DNA from: Saccostrea cucullata
Taxonomy: Eukaryota
Length of the DNA stretch: 64,000 bases
NCBI RefSeq assembly: GCF_032062105.1
Contig: NW_026936770.1
Coordinates: 124,001 to 188,000 of the forward strand
Reading direction: 5' to 3'
Each line of letters starts with the position of its first letter. Position 1 is the stretch's first letter. Positions 24,401 through 36,000 of the stretch are shown one piece after another. The notes below the pieces were generated by a model. It did not search any database. It saw only the letters and a program-made list of their open reading frames with translations, and was not told the origin of the DNA. The translations under genes were made by a program, and so were the position numbers.

Positions 24401-26207
24401 AGCTGGGCCACGTGTAGTCAGGGACACCCATTCCCCAGTACATGTTAACTTCAGCTCTGTCAACCTGAAATATAATTTACACAGTTATCTACCACTTCTC
24501 TTCAAGTATCAAAGAAGTTTTACATTTTATATGTCAGTTTTAAAGAAAGTTGAGAGACATTGCTGCAGTATTTCATAATAATTACATATGGGAACCAGAC
24601 ACACAGACAGACAGTTAGACAGACAGACAAACAGAGGGACTTGCCTTTGGTTTACACGGAAATGAGGATCCAAACACGGGATTCAGGACAACCTTCTCAC
24701 ATTTCTCGATTTCCAGCATCCTTGTGAGGGCTTCCCGAGCCGTGTGCCTGATCTCGTCTGGGGTGGAGTCTATAACCATTCCTGTTGACTTGTGTTCATG
24801 CTCAAACCGACTAGGTAAAAAGGCTGGGTTGTTGACACTGAGTTTGACTCGATAGTCAGCACGACGACTAAATAAGATGTTAACTGCTCCAGGCATTGCA
24901 TGTTTCTCTCTCAGCCAACTGAAAATTAATTAAATGATTTCATACATAGCTACAAATAACAATTATAATTTGATTGTCTCATCTTAGTCAATGACACAGA
25001 GTTCTATTGTAAGCTTACCTCTCTAGCTGGGATATAAAGGTTCTGGTAGGGGGAGGGTAGGCCACAGTGTCATTGTTCAGTGTATCAATCACGTAGTCCA
25101 GGGAGAAAAAGCCAGGGTAATCTGGAGACTTCTCCACAAACATACGATTCAGCTTATCTGAAACAGACAAATCAGGTTACATCAAAATTATTCACTGTAA
25201 ACATTTAAATCAACAGCTCTCAGAATACCGGTATATCTTCTCACTGCACAATTCTCAATCTTCTTCCATGTAAACTCTTATGGCTTTGATCCTTTATCAT
25301 TTACATTTATAGATTACTGGAGAATCAAGCTTGTGTATTACCTCCCTTGTTGACTGGAACACAGAAGAGGGCGAATCGTGTGAGTGACTCCCTGTACTTG
25401 TCACTGGACCACTGAATCTGAAGAGCACGCTCTCCTGCACAAGGAGGAAGAATTGTTACATGTATAAATTACTTCCCTCCTTAATTGTTTAAGTAGAAGT
25501 TCCCTTCTACTGGTTGTCACAATCATTATAGCATTTCAGAGTCCTCAATAGATGATAACTCGGTGACACGTTGAAAACTGATGCATATATTCCTTTTTTT
25601 GGGGGGAGGTGTACAGAAATGTAGTTTTCTTTATTTACATTACATGTTAATGTCATACACATGTAATGAAGAATTCTATATATTTTCAAAGGATGGGAAG
25701 TTTCATTTCAGGATATGTAATAAACGAATGTTGATTTAAATCCACATTCCATTTCATAAAAAATTCTGAATATTATACATATACAATGTACCACACTGTC
25801 CATAGAAACACATGTAAAGATTAATGCTGTCTAACAGTTAGCCAATATAAATTACAAATGTAATGAATTGAACATTTTGAATTGAACATCATGCAAGAAA
25901 ACATACAAATATAAATCATGTGTACAACTACTGTAAATTATATAACACATTCATAAGATAACTGTCCCTGACCTTTGATGCCGACGTGATCCCCTCCGGT
26001 CAGCTGATACAGATTGGCCAGAACCTCGTCCCCAGCCTCCTCCTGGACGTTGGTCAGCGGGAAGGTGGGGAGGTACTTGGTGGGCTTCCCCTTCTCCCCC
26101 GAGGACGCAGTTTTGTGGTCCAGCAGCAGAATATTATACAGCTTAGGTCGGTACTCCTGGCTGAAGACATTTTGTTTGGGTTGAACCACAGCTAGGATGA
26201 CCTCCAT
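18423..26207 (-). CDS. KRIT1: Krev interaction trapped protein 1 (KRIT1/CCM1): Nudix-like domain, NPxY/F motifs, ankyrin repeats, FERM; 14 coding exons, 756 aa
   Basis: Exons (minus): 26207-25973, 25434-25342, 25157-25019, 24918-24645 (GC donor), 24464-24364, 23476-23336, 23018-22865, 22618-22508, 22264-22163, 22049-21983, 21876-21549, 21308-21167, 19095-18940, 18650-18423 (2271 nt, open frame). Peptides LAVVQPK..QEYRPKLYNILL, VNNPAF, VLNPVFGS, MDGTSKMLNLSNGDNTTVQQ, YFTIWICSKSLELQLK, PLAIQILFYEAKHNY, VYGSAFFTG and KSRQAGLIVHLMQKL are all collinear with KRIT1. A probable 5'-UTR exon donor lies near 31655. Confidence 0.93.
19190..21185 (-). repeat. 83-84-bp minisatellite (about 21 units) filling a KRIT1 intron, derived from the upstream exon end and donor
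   Basis: On the minus strand each unit carries CAGAACTAGTATCAACAG|GTCAGA and GGTCAACAG|GTCAGA; the true junction at 21167 is CAGAACCAGTATCAACAG|GTCAGA. Confidence 0.95.
23637..24265 (+). mobile_element. Complete HINE (Helentron-like) element with internal ~145-bp satellite units
   Basis: 5' ACTAGAACTGTCCAAACGGGACAAAATACCCCCCGC, about 3 GACCTTGGGTCAAGGTC units, (GACG/GACA)n, 3' hairpin CCCCCCCAAACTTCGTTTGCGGGGGGG. Confidence 0.8.
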
Positions 26208-26280
26208 TACATAATTAACCACTAGGTGTTCAAATGCCTGGAATTACATAATTAACCACTAGGTGTTCAAGTGCCTGGAA
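26206..26280 (-). repeat. 37-bp duplication of the KRIT1 start-exon acceptor
   Basis: ATTACATAATTAACCACTAGGTGTTCAA(A/G)TGCCTGGA occurs twice, giving two TTCCAG acceptors upstream of the ATG. Confidence 0.85.
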
Positions 26281-28039
26281 TTAAATTTCTTGTTATGAAT
26301 ACCACTTTAAATTGTGTCAAACACCGACTACTTCTAGTACATGTACATTTTCCATGAAGAATGTTTCTTATTAACGAAATCATACGTCAAATTATAATTC
26401 ACTTCCCAGTCGAAGTTCTATCTTACAAATGTGAAGTATGCATAATAATAAACCTTTATATCATAAACATTAAATCCTGCTTCATATGTAAATTTTCTCT
26501 CTATCTCCTGCTCTCATTACTACACATATATCAATAATAATCTAACATTCTAAGGAATAGCGATACATGATGTACCCCAACGTGAATAATCTAACACGAT
26601 CAAACATTAAAACCCTATAAAAAATTTGGGTTATAAATCCTAAATGTCATTTTTTTTGGTCATTAAATCCAAAAGTTAAGGTCCTGTGTCAATAAAATTT
26701 TTCTCCTGTGCATACATTTTCCAATCCTTTGTTCAAATAACCTATTAAATATCTGAGCTTAGCTGTAAAACTTTCTATATGTTGACAGACAAAACAAACC
26801 ATAACATTCTGTTTTCTTGTTCCATTAACATGTAACAATTTTCTCTGCTTCACATATTTTATTTAGCTGTACAACTGTACCATTTACATGTATACATTAC
26901 TTACTTATACATATTTAGTCCTCATAAAGTCTCAGTATACTTCTTAATGCTGATCCATACTTTTAACGTTGATTACATTACTAACAGTTGAATAGGCAAA
27001 ATGGGATACTGAAAAAATAAAGAAAATTTCCAAATTGGGTTTGCCTGCAAAAAATGTATGATACTCATTTTGTCAATTAAGAAATAGTAATCCTGTTATA
27101 TTCATAATGCTGGTATTCACCTTAAGTTTATGAGTGTGTATGTGTTTTTTTTAATAGATTAATATATTTAAGGAGGAAGAGTTTTTGTTGAAAATTCCAC
27201 AAATTATCAGTCCACTGGTTTTGTCTTATATTAAAGGAAATCAAAGTACAACCCGGACATGTAGCTATTGCAACTCCAATGAATAGAACTGGAATTCTTG
27301 GTGTATACTACATGTACAACCAAATTTTCTTGTAAAAATCTGGTACAGGAGTGGTCCTTTGATAATATCCTACATGTCATTTTATTTTACGTCAGAACAC
27401 ATTAAAATGTTGCAACATCATTTGTCAGGTACAGTAAATCTAAAACTTAAAAAAAAATCTTTGTATAGTTTAATAACTTGTGCATCAAGAATCCCTTGAA
27501 ATTTTTTGTTCTTTTAATCAATTACATTTTTGTAGAATACAGTATTTTATATCTTAGCTAGTGTAGTCTATATTTTAAAGAGTTTCCATTATTGAAATCT
27601 GACAAAATAGGACGATGATGATGTTACAGAAAGAAGAGATTACCATCTGTCAATCAGGCATTCATTTTCTATAAAAAGTACCGTAAATGATAATTGTCCA
27701 ATGTCTAATGTCATCATCTAATCATGTTAAATTACTGTAAACCTCTGTCAGTTGTGGATGTACTTTGTTGCAGAATTAGTAAAAGAGTGTTTCAGGAAAT
27801 TATATTGTTACAAAAACTTGAGAAAACAGTCTTAAAATACTGAGATAAAGAACCCTCAAACCATTCACACTTTAAGGGTTATAAATGTATACATTTTTTC
27901 AATGGATCTGTAATATTTTGGTCATTCATCCCAATTTTTCAGATCAATTTTAAGATAACAATGATTGATGTGGCATCACACTATGATCACAGTCTAGACT
28001 GTCTAAGCCAAGGTATGAAAAAGGGCAACAGGCAAATCT

Positions 28040-29310
28040 AAACTAGAACTGTCCAAACGGGACAAAATACCCCCCGCTGGGTTTTTCAGAAGTAAGTTTT
28101 TCCATAAGAAAGATATGGACCGGACACAAATTATGAAATTTTTTTACCAGTGACCTTGAACTTCCCCAAATGACCTTGGGTCAAGGTCATGACACAACCT
28201 TGGGTTATGGGCAATATCTGTGTGAATATGAGAACCTACCAAGTTTATCCATAAGAAAGATATGGACAATAATTTCAATTTTAATTATGAAATTTTTCTT
28301 CCAGTGACTTTGAACTTCCCCAAATGACCTTGGGTCAAGGTCATGACACACCCTTGGGTTATGGGCAATCTTTGTGTGAAAAAGAACCTACAGAAAGTTT
28401 ATCCATAAGAAAGATATGGACCGGACACAAATTATGAAATTTTTCTACCAGTGACCATAAATTTCCCCAAATGACCTTGGGTCAAGGTCATGACACACCC
28501 TTGGGTTATGGGCAATCTTTGTGTGAAATGAGAACCTACCAAGTTTATCCATAAGAAAGATATGGACCGGACACGAATTATGAAATTTTTCTTCCAGTGA
28601 CCTTGAACTTCCCCAAATGACCTTGGTTTAAAGGTCATGACACATTGGGCTATGTGCAATCTTTGTGTGAAATTGTGTACCAAGTTTATCCATAAGAAAG
28701 ATATGGAGGAGACCATGCTTAAAGTATTTATGAAATTTTTCTTCCAGTGACCTTGAACTTCACCAAATGACCTTGGGTCAAGGTCATGACACATCCTTGG
28801 GTTATGTGCAATATCTGTGTGAAATGAGAACCTACCAAGTTTATCCATAAGAAAGATATGGACCGGACACGAATTATAAAATTTTTCTTCCAGTGACCTT
28901 GAACTTCCCCAAATGACCTTGGGTCAAGGTCATGACACACCCTTGGGTTATGGGCAATCTTTGTGATAAATGAGAACCTATCAAGTTTATCCATAAGAAA
29001 GATATGGACCAGTAGAGCTAAAAATTGTATAGTTTTATAATTTTTTCTTCCAGTGAATTTCAATTTTTAAAAAATTAATGACCTTGGGTCAAGGTCATGA
29101 CATATCTTGGGTTATGGGCAATTTTTGTGTGAAATGAAACCTACCAAGTTTTTCCATGATGAAAGATATGGACCGGACACGAATTATGAAATTTTTCTTC
29201 CAGTGACCTTGAACTTTTCCAGATGACCTTAGGTCAAAGTCATGACACAACCTTAACTTATGACCAGTCTTTGTGTGGAGTAGTAGATTCTAATGTCCCT
29301 TTGTGCAGAA
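28040..29310 (+). mobile_element. Second copy of the same HINE with an expanded satellite array (about 8 units), 3'-truncated
   Basis: Same 5' end as 23637 and the same ~145-bp unit; ends after GTAGTAGATTCTAATGTCCCTTTGT without the microsatellite or hairpin. Confidence 0.8.
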
Positions 29311-30454
29311 ACTGTAAACGAATTAATATGTTAGGAACTGACATCGTTACAAAAGTCTTAAAATTCTGAGATACAACCCTCAAAGCAGATTGATTTGAAG
29401 ATAATTATGATTGACTACATGTACGTTCACAGTCCATACTGTCTAAGCCAATGTATGAAGAGGCAGATCTAAATTAATCCAGTGATAAATATAAGAGCAC
29501 TCACCAAAACTACTGTACCACCAGAAATAGTATTTATAGGCAAGAAGACAAGGGACCTAAAATAAAATAGTAATCTCAGAAGATAGAAAGTGCAATAAGT
29601 ACATGATGGATGCACATCATGAAACACTCAGGACAAGGAAGCAGATACATATCAACTTTATTTTTTGCAGCCTAACTTTTTTTTTCTCAAGTAGTTGTCT
29701 AATGCCCTTGTACTATCACTTCTTACCATAAAAGCTCATGCACCCCACCCCTCTACTTCCCTTATCCCCTTTTTCCATTCCATAAACAATGATAAAGGAG
29801 GGATTATTGGACAATGTGCCCTAATCCAGTAATGATACACTAACTGTAAACCTATACTTCTGTGTTCAATAGCAAGTGCAACAATTAGCAGAAGCACTGC
29901 ATGCTCATCCCATCAGCTTTTAAAGCAAGACCTGGGAAAGAGGTCATTTGTACTTTAACATTAAGCCAAATGAATTTTTTTGTCAACATAATCTCTGGAC
30001 CCATTCTAATATATATGACAATTCTTTGAACATGTTATTAATTAAATCTTAGCAGCAATACACTGTACCACAAACTATGTTCTCACAGCAGCAACAACAT
30101 TCAGCAAAAAATAAACTCACCTTAATTTATTTGATACTGCCCATAAATAGCAAATTGTTATTTGTTTAAAATTTGTACTTTTCAAACTTTGTTAAGGAAA
30201 TGGAACTAACATATAATATCATGTGTTGTCATAATTATGATAATATCACAGTCTAGAAGAGCAGAGGTAATAGGCTAAATTCTTAATTAAGTGAATTTAT
30301 CCAATAATTCAGGACAGTAAACACTTTCCCTAACAGTTGCACCATCAAAATATTACAGCTGTTACGGAATATTGGCTTGTAGTTTCTGGATCTCTATTAG
30401 TGTTAACAACTTAACAGAAACATGTATAGAAATACCAACTCTTGTATCATATTT

Positions 30455-31012
30455 TATTATATAGCTTATAAATAGTCTCTAATGAAATACTACCAAAAAC
30501 CTAGAGAATTTTAGCGTTCAATATCTTGACGTTTTATTGAACGCTGAGTTTGTATTACATATACGAGTATGCCCAAAACATTCCGAACACGAGCGTTCAA
30601 TATCAAACGCCCCGTTGTAAACAAAAAAAAAAATTCTCATAGCTATATTAACAGAATAAAGTGGCATCTAGGTAAGATGTGTTTATTTTTCACACAAAAT
30701 GAAATTATTTATCAAAAATTTAGTACGTATTAGACCGATTGAAACCTAAATAAGCAAATCATATCTCTCGGTAGGGTCATCGGAATGATGCAAATTGAAC
30801 GCTTACGAGACATACGTTAATTTGAATACTGATACTCACAAAATCATTAATTTGACTTTTTTTTAGTTGGAATAATTATTATAAATTATGTGGAAATGTT
30901 TTAGCTATATAAGAAAGGAGACGTTGGCTGTTCAAATGCACTCGCAAGCTCGTGCATTTGAATAGCCAACTCATGTCAATACTCACCAATATAAGTTCAA
31001 TAACCCTATAAT
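30455..31012. mobile_element. Non-autonomous DNA element with a subterminal hairpin (family uncertain)
   Basis: Palindrome TTGGCTGTTCAAATGCAC-TCGCAAGCTC-GTGCATTTGAATAGCCAA (30925-30969); internal AACGC/GCGTTCAA repeats; sits between two diverged duplicate blocks. Confidence 0.45.
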
Positions 31013-31654
31013 ATATTATTGCAAGTGCAGAGAGCAGCGCTTCATGCACCGTGAGCTCTAATGATAACCCCTCAGTGAAAAGAAAATTCAGACTTGCACA
31101 TTAATCCAAATGAATTTTTTTCACTCAACTTCTGTCATTCTGGACCCACAATGCATTGCTTGTTAAGCTACATTCTCGCAATAGTAACAACAAAAGTTCT
31201 ATAAAAAAATTAATTTGCCTTGATTTAATGGATGTATTGTAGATAAAAAGTAAATAAAATGTTCTTTGTTAAAAATCATAAATGTTGCAGGTTTCGGTTT
31301 GGTAATGCAACTTGACGTCATGTCACGGCAGAGTGAAAACGTATTAAATGTCATATGTGATATGAAGAAACGGGTCCTCTACAATGAAAAGGTATCTGCC
31401 CTCACCCTAACAGTCGCACGATCAGAATATTATTTATAGAAATCAAGATGCAAGAATTCAGTACAACCTGTCTGCAATAGGCTTCACAGCTACAGTATGA
31501 CTAACTACGTGGATCTACCTAAAGTCTCTAGGTAGCTTGATTTTGCTATGTTAATGCAAGTATTTTTACAAGTTCTTTGTCCAGGTAAAATAGTAAAAGA
31601 AAACAGTAAACATTGACTATAAGCATGTAGCATAGTTTACCAGTGTTTACCTAC

Positions 31655-32100
31655 CTTCACGTCAAGGAAAATTGATTTTCTATCAAATATTCAAAAAGGA
31701 AGTTTAATCAAGTGAAAATATAGTGTCCAAAATCTTCTTCTGCAGCAAGTTATGGGAATCGCAAAGCGATTTTTACACAAATACTTCACAAAATACTTGT
31801 TGACATTCCTCTGTTTTCAGCCAAATTACACGGAACCGGAAGTGCATGGATCAAGAAAAAAATCTTAAATTCGGAAGAAAATGGATTTAAAAAGTATCGC
31901 TGAACATCAATAAATTATTCCTTAAATCGAAATTCTGTGTTTATGATATTAAATTTGCTGTTATTAATTGATTATAAGAAAAAATTATTGTATCATGTAA
32001 AGGTTTTATTAAGATTTACGAAAAAGGTTACGCAATCAAAATATATCCGCTTTATTATTTTTCTGCCCTTCTGAAAAATGTCAACAAATGTGTGGAGAAG
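31655..32100. promoter_or_regulatory. Probable bidirectional promoter KRIT1 / ankyrin gene with an ETS site
   Basis: CCGGAAGT at 31836-31843. Minus-strand donor GAAG|GTAGGT near 31655; plus-strand UTR donor at 32409 and acceptor at 32858. Confidence 0.5.
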
Positions 32101-33029
32101 CCATGTGTCATTGGAACTGTCAATATTTTAAGCATTGTTTGATTGTGTTGTATCATGATGACAGTCTTGACCATAACAGTTAAAAGATTGACAGATTTAC
32201 TCTTCCTAGAAATAACTCAGAAATCCATGGGCTGTTTTTATAATAATATATGACCTAGCTTTTTTCATGCAAATTATGTGATGCTTGTGTAAGGAAGTTC
32301 AATGGTAATGGCCAAATATAACAAAACAGATCACATGTTTACAATCTACAAAAATAGAAAACGCTTATCAAAATGTGCAGTTACAGATAAAGAGAGTTAT
32401 GGAATGCAGGTAGGTTGAAATAATGTATAGTTATCATTTGCATATTATTCCGGCTTACTAATTACATACACTATAATAAAGGAAGGTAAAATCAATATAC
32501 ATGATCTTAATATTTATGAAATATTTATGGATCCTGCATGTCCTTTTGATAAAAAAAAATCTTACTATAAGTTTAAAATATCTAATTGGATCAGGTACAT
32601 AAATTATGTGAATTCTTATTTTAAATTAGATGCATGTCCACTTTTTTTTTAATATCAAACATTTTGTAACCCCTTCATTTTGAATATATGAAGCATTTAG
32701 AATCATAAATGCAGATTGCAATATACATATAGGCCTCTCATGATTGCAGGGGGGAAAATTATAATTAAACAGATCCCTTGTTTAATATTTTATAACTTTT
32801 AAGTTATTGTATTTCATGTAAATTAATTAATGCTGTTACCAAAAAATATATACACAGGTGAACGTGAAACTGGAAATCAGAGAAATCTTGAACCAAATAG
32901 CAGATGATATAAAATCATGATAAAAAGAGGTGCATATATACAAATGATTCATTCTTCATGGATTGAAAAATGCTAGCTAGAACATGTACGAATATGACTC
33001 TGGATTCCTAATTCTGTTGGAGGAACCAT

Positions 33030-36000
33030 ATGGCATCTGAGGATTATTTTTGTAAATACTGTGCACTGGAGTCACAAGGACTAGAAGATCCATTTGCCTA
33101 TCAGTTAGACTCGGAGAAAAAAAATTACAGAGAGATTTTTCCTGAACTTCTTCACCAAGATTTCTATTCCAAATCTGAGTACATTTGTTCAAAACATCGC
33201 CATGGATCCGTGCACCATTCAGGCTTTGTACAAAAAGCAGGTAAAAGTGGAAATGTGAATGTGTCAAATTTTAAATACAATATTGCTAATCCTGTGGCAA
33301 GGGAAGAAAGAAAAAAAGTTGAAGAGAGGACATTGCACAAACATGGGGAAGTAATTCCAAAACCTAGTACATCAAAAGCACCATCACCAGTTATGGATAT
33401 TGGTAATGCAAAGTCACAGGGACCATTAGTAAGGAGTTCTAGTAACAAGGGTCTAGGACGACCAGGTTCCTCACACCGTCAGTGCTGCTGCTGTTCTGAA
33501 TTCCATCATCATACTTTCGAATCTCCAGAATTTTACATTCCCAAGGATGATACTTGCTCAAAGTTGGAAGAAACTCTTTCAAAAAATCACCATGAAGTGG
33601 TATTAGCAAATGAAACATTCCTTAACATTAGCAATGCATTTTGGTATCCTAGCTTGTGTCTTAATCAGTTTTCTTCAGAATTTTTATACACAAACTTTGA
33701 GTCTTTATGGCCAGAGGAGAGTGTGTTGCGCGACATTTTACGGGACAGTATTCAAAACACAGTCTTGCGATCAGCAATTCCTCAACTTACAAAGGTTGCT
33801 ATAGTGTGTGGACCAGTAGACATGTTAAAATCTCTCATCTCTCTATCTTTAGTTAGTAAGTACATAATATACTTTTTTTCTTATCTCATCTCTGTGCTTT
33901 TAATTACTAAGGAAATATCATATTTTGATATATTTTTAAAAATTCTATTCATAAATCATACAGATTTCCAATATTATGTACCATGTACCCATGTTTTTTC
34001 CACTCTGCAAATTTGAAGAATCAACTAATAATCATTAGAATTATTCTGACAATATCAATATTTTTATGCAGCAATTTTTTAATAGAATCTATTTTTACTG
34101 GCCTGCTCTACTTAAATTGATTCATATTTTATTGATGAAATACCCGGTAAAAGCTTTTGAAATATTCAATCAATATCTAAGATTATATATGAAAAAAAGT
34201 ATGTATTTTAAACTGCACATAAATCAAAATTCTTTTTTATTGTTAAAGCAAAAGAAATTTAACTTTTTTTGCTCAATTTCATTTTTTTCATTTGTGACAT
34301 ATTTGACTGTTTATTAAATGATTATATATAAAATAAAAATTTGTTTTTTGCAAAGATTTAAAATGCAACCCAAACTTTTTTTTAGCCATTGTGTAATTTA
34401 TTTTTTTCTTCAATTTTTCAGGATATTGTAACTTTCATTTTCAATTTTTGACTTTTGTTTTTTATCAATCAGTGGTTTATAACAAGAGTTGAGCTGGTTC
34501 ATGTTTAATAGGCCTATGAAAAGCTTTTTTATTTGTTATGTAACAAATATCTGAAAACATTCCCCCCCCACCCCCCCCCCAAGAAAAGAAAGCCTACCTA
34601 CCTACCCAGTCTAAAAATTATAAGTCGGCAACTGCAAACAAAGACTTTTTTAATCTTGGCCTAAGTGTCCTTTGTTATTCTAGGACTTGACACCTCTATA
34701 GGAGAAGAAGCAGGACTCTTACATTATGCCTGTCTCTTCAAGAGGCTGGATATTATAAGTTACTTAACCAGCTTAGGAATCCACCCAAAACTCAAAGACA
34801 AATATGGTGAGACTTCCTGGTTTGGTCAAATTACAGTATTTTTATTTACTCTATAAATTTGCATTAAACTCTCAAATCTAGCTGTATATTTACAATATTA
34901 TGTGTTACTCCAATTTTTTTGTGCGATGAATTGGAAAAAGAGGAAAATGGTATTTTATTACTTAGCGAATGTCATGTGATGAGAAATGGGCTGATATCAC
35001 ATGATATAATTTCAAGAGGATTCTATTACAATATCTCTTATTTCAGGCAAAAATATTTGTCTGCATGTGATCATTGATTCTTTACATCATGCAAATTTAA
35101 TACACCCCAGGAGTAGCACAACTTTTCATTTTCACCTGGCCTAAAATAATTTAATAATAAAATTAATAATAATACATGTATATATATTACATATTCATCT
35201 TTTCAGGAAATTTTGCGGATGCTCTGTGTTTTAGTTCCAAAGTGTACAAACATCTTCCCAGCAAATATCATCTAAGTCATATCATGTGCCCCTCCCCTAA
35301 ACTTCCCAGCGCTCAGGATAGAAATGTGATCTTCACCCTGGCCAAGTCACCAGGGTCACTTTACCAGATTCAGAGAATGTTACAGGTAAAATAAAGGGTA
35401 TCTATTTCAGATGGAAATAATTATGTATTTGATTCACATATTTAAGTTATTTTTCTGTCATGATCATTGACAATTAGTCCTGAATAAAAAGACACTCTCC
35501 ATTTAAATAAAATCAATAAGGTTCATGTATTTCTTTTTACAAATAGAGATCTTCATTTCTGAACATATTACATTGAAGTACAAGTTTTTGTTGAGTGTTA
35601 AATTTTTTTTATGTCAAAATAATTTATTCAGCGTAAAATGTTTATAATCATTTGTAAAAAATTGGTTTTGTATTTACAGATGTTTGAGTTCAATGTGAAC
35701 ACGGAATGTGATGAGACTGGAAACTTCCTGATACACCTGGTCACTGAAACAGGTAAACAAATAATACAGCTGGTCACTGAAACAGGTAAATAATACAGCT
35801 GGTCACTGAAACAGGTACATGTTAATAGTACACCTGGTCACTGAAACAGGTAAACAAATAGAACAAACAGAAAAACAAATAGAACAAACGGGTAATCAAA
35901 TAGCAAGTAAACAAATATCCTGTGATGTCACACTGCATTGGAGAAAAAGAATATGACAAAGATTTGATAGGTGAATTGGTGTATACACATGATTAAAAAT

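Noticed and set aside
28432-29063. ORFs of 138 and 111 aa (also 23841-24092)
   Set aside because: Translations of the HINE satellite; not genes.
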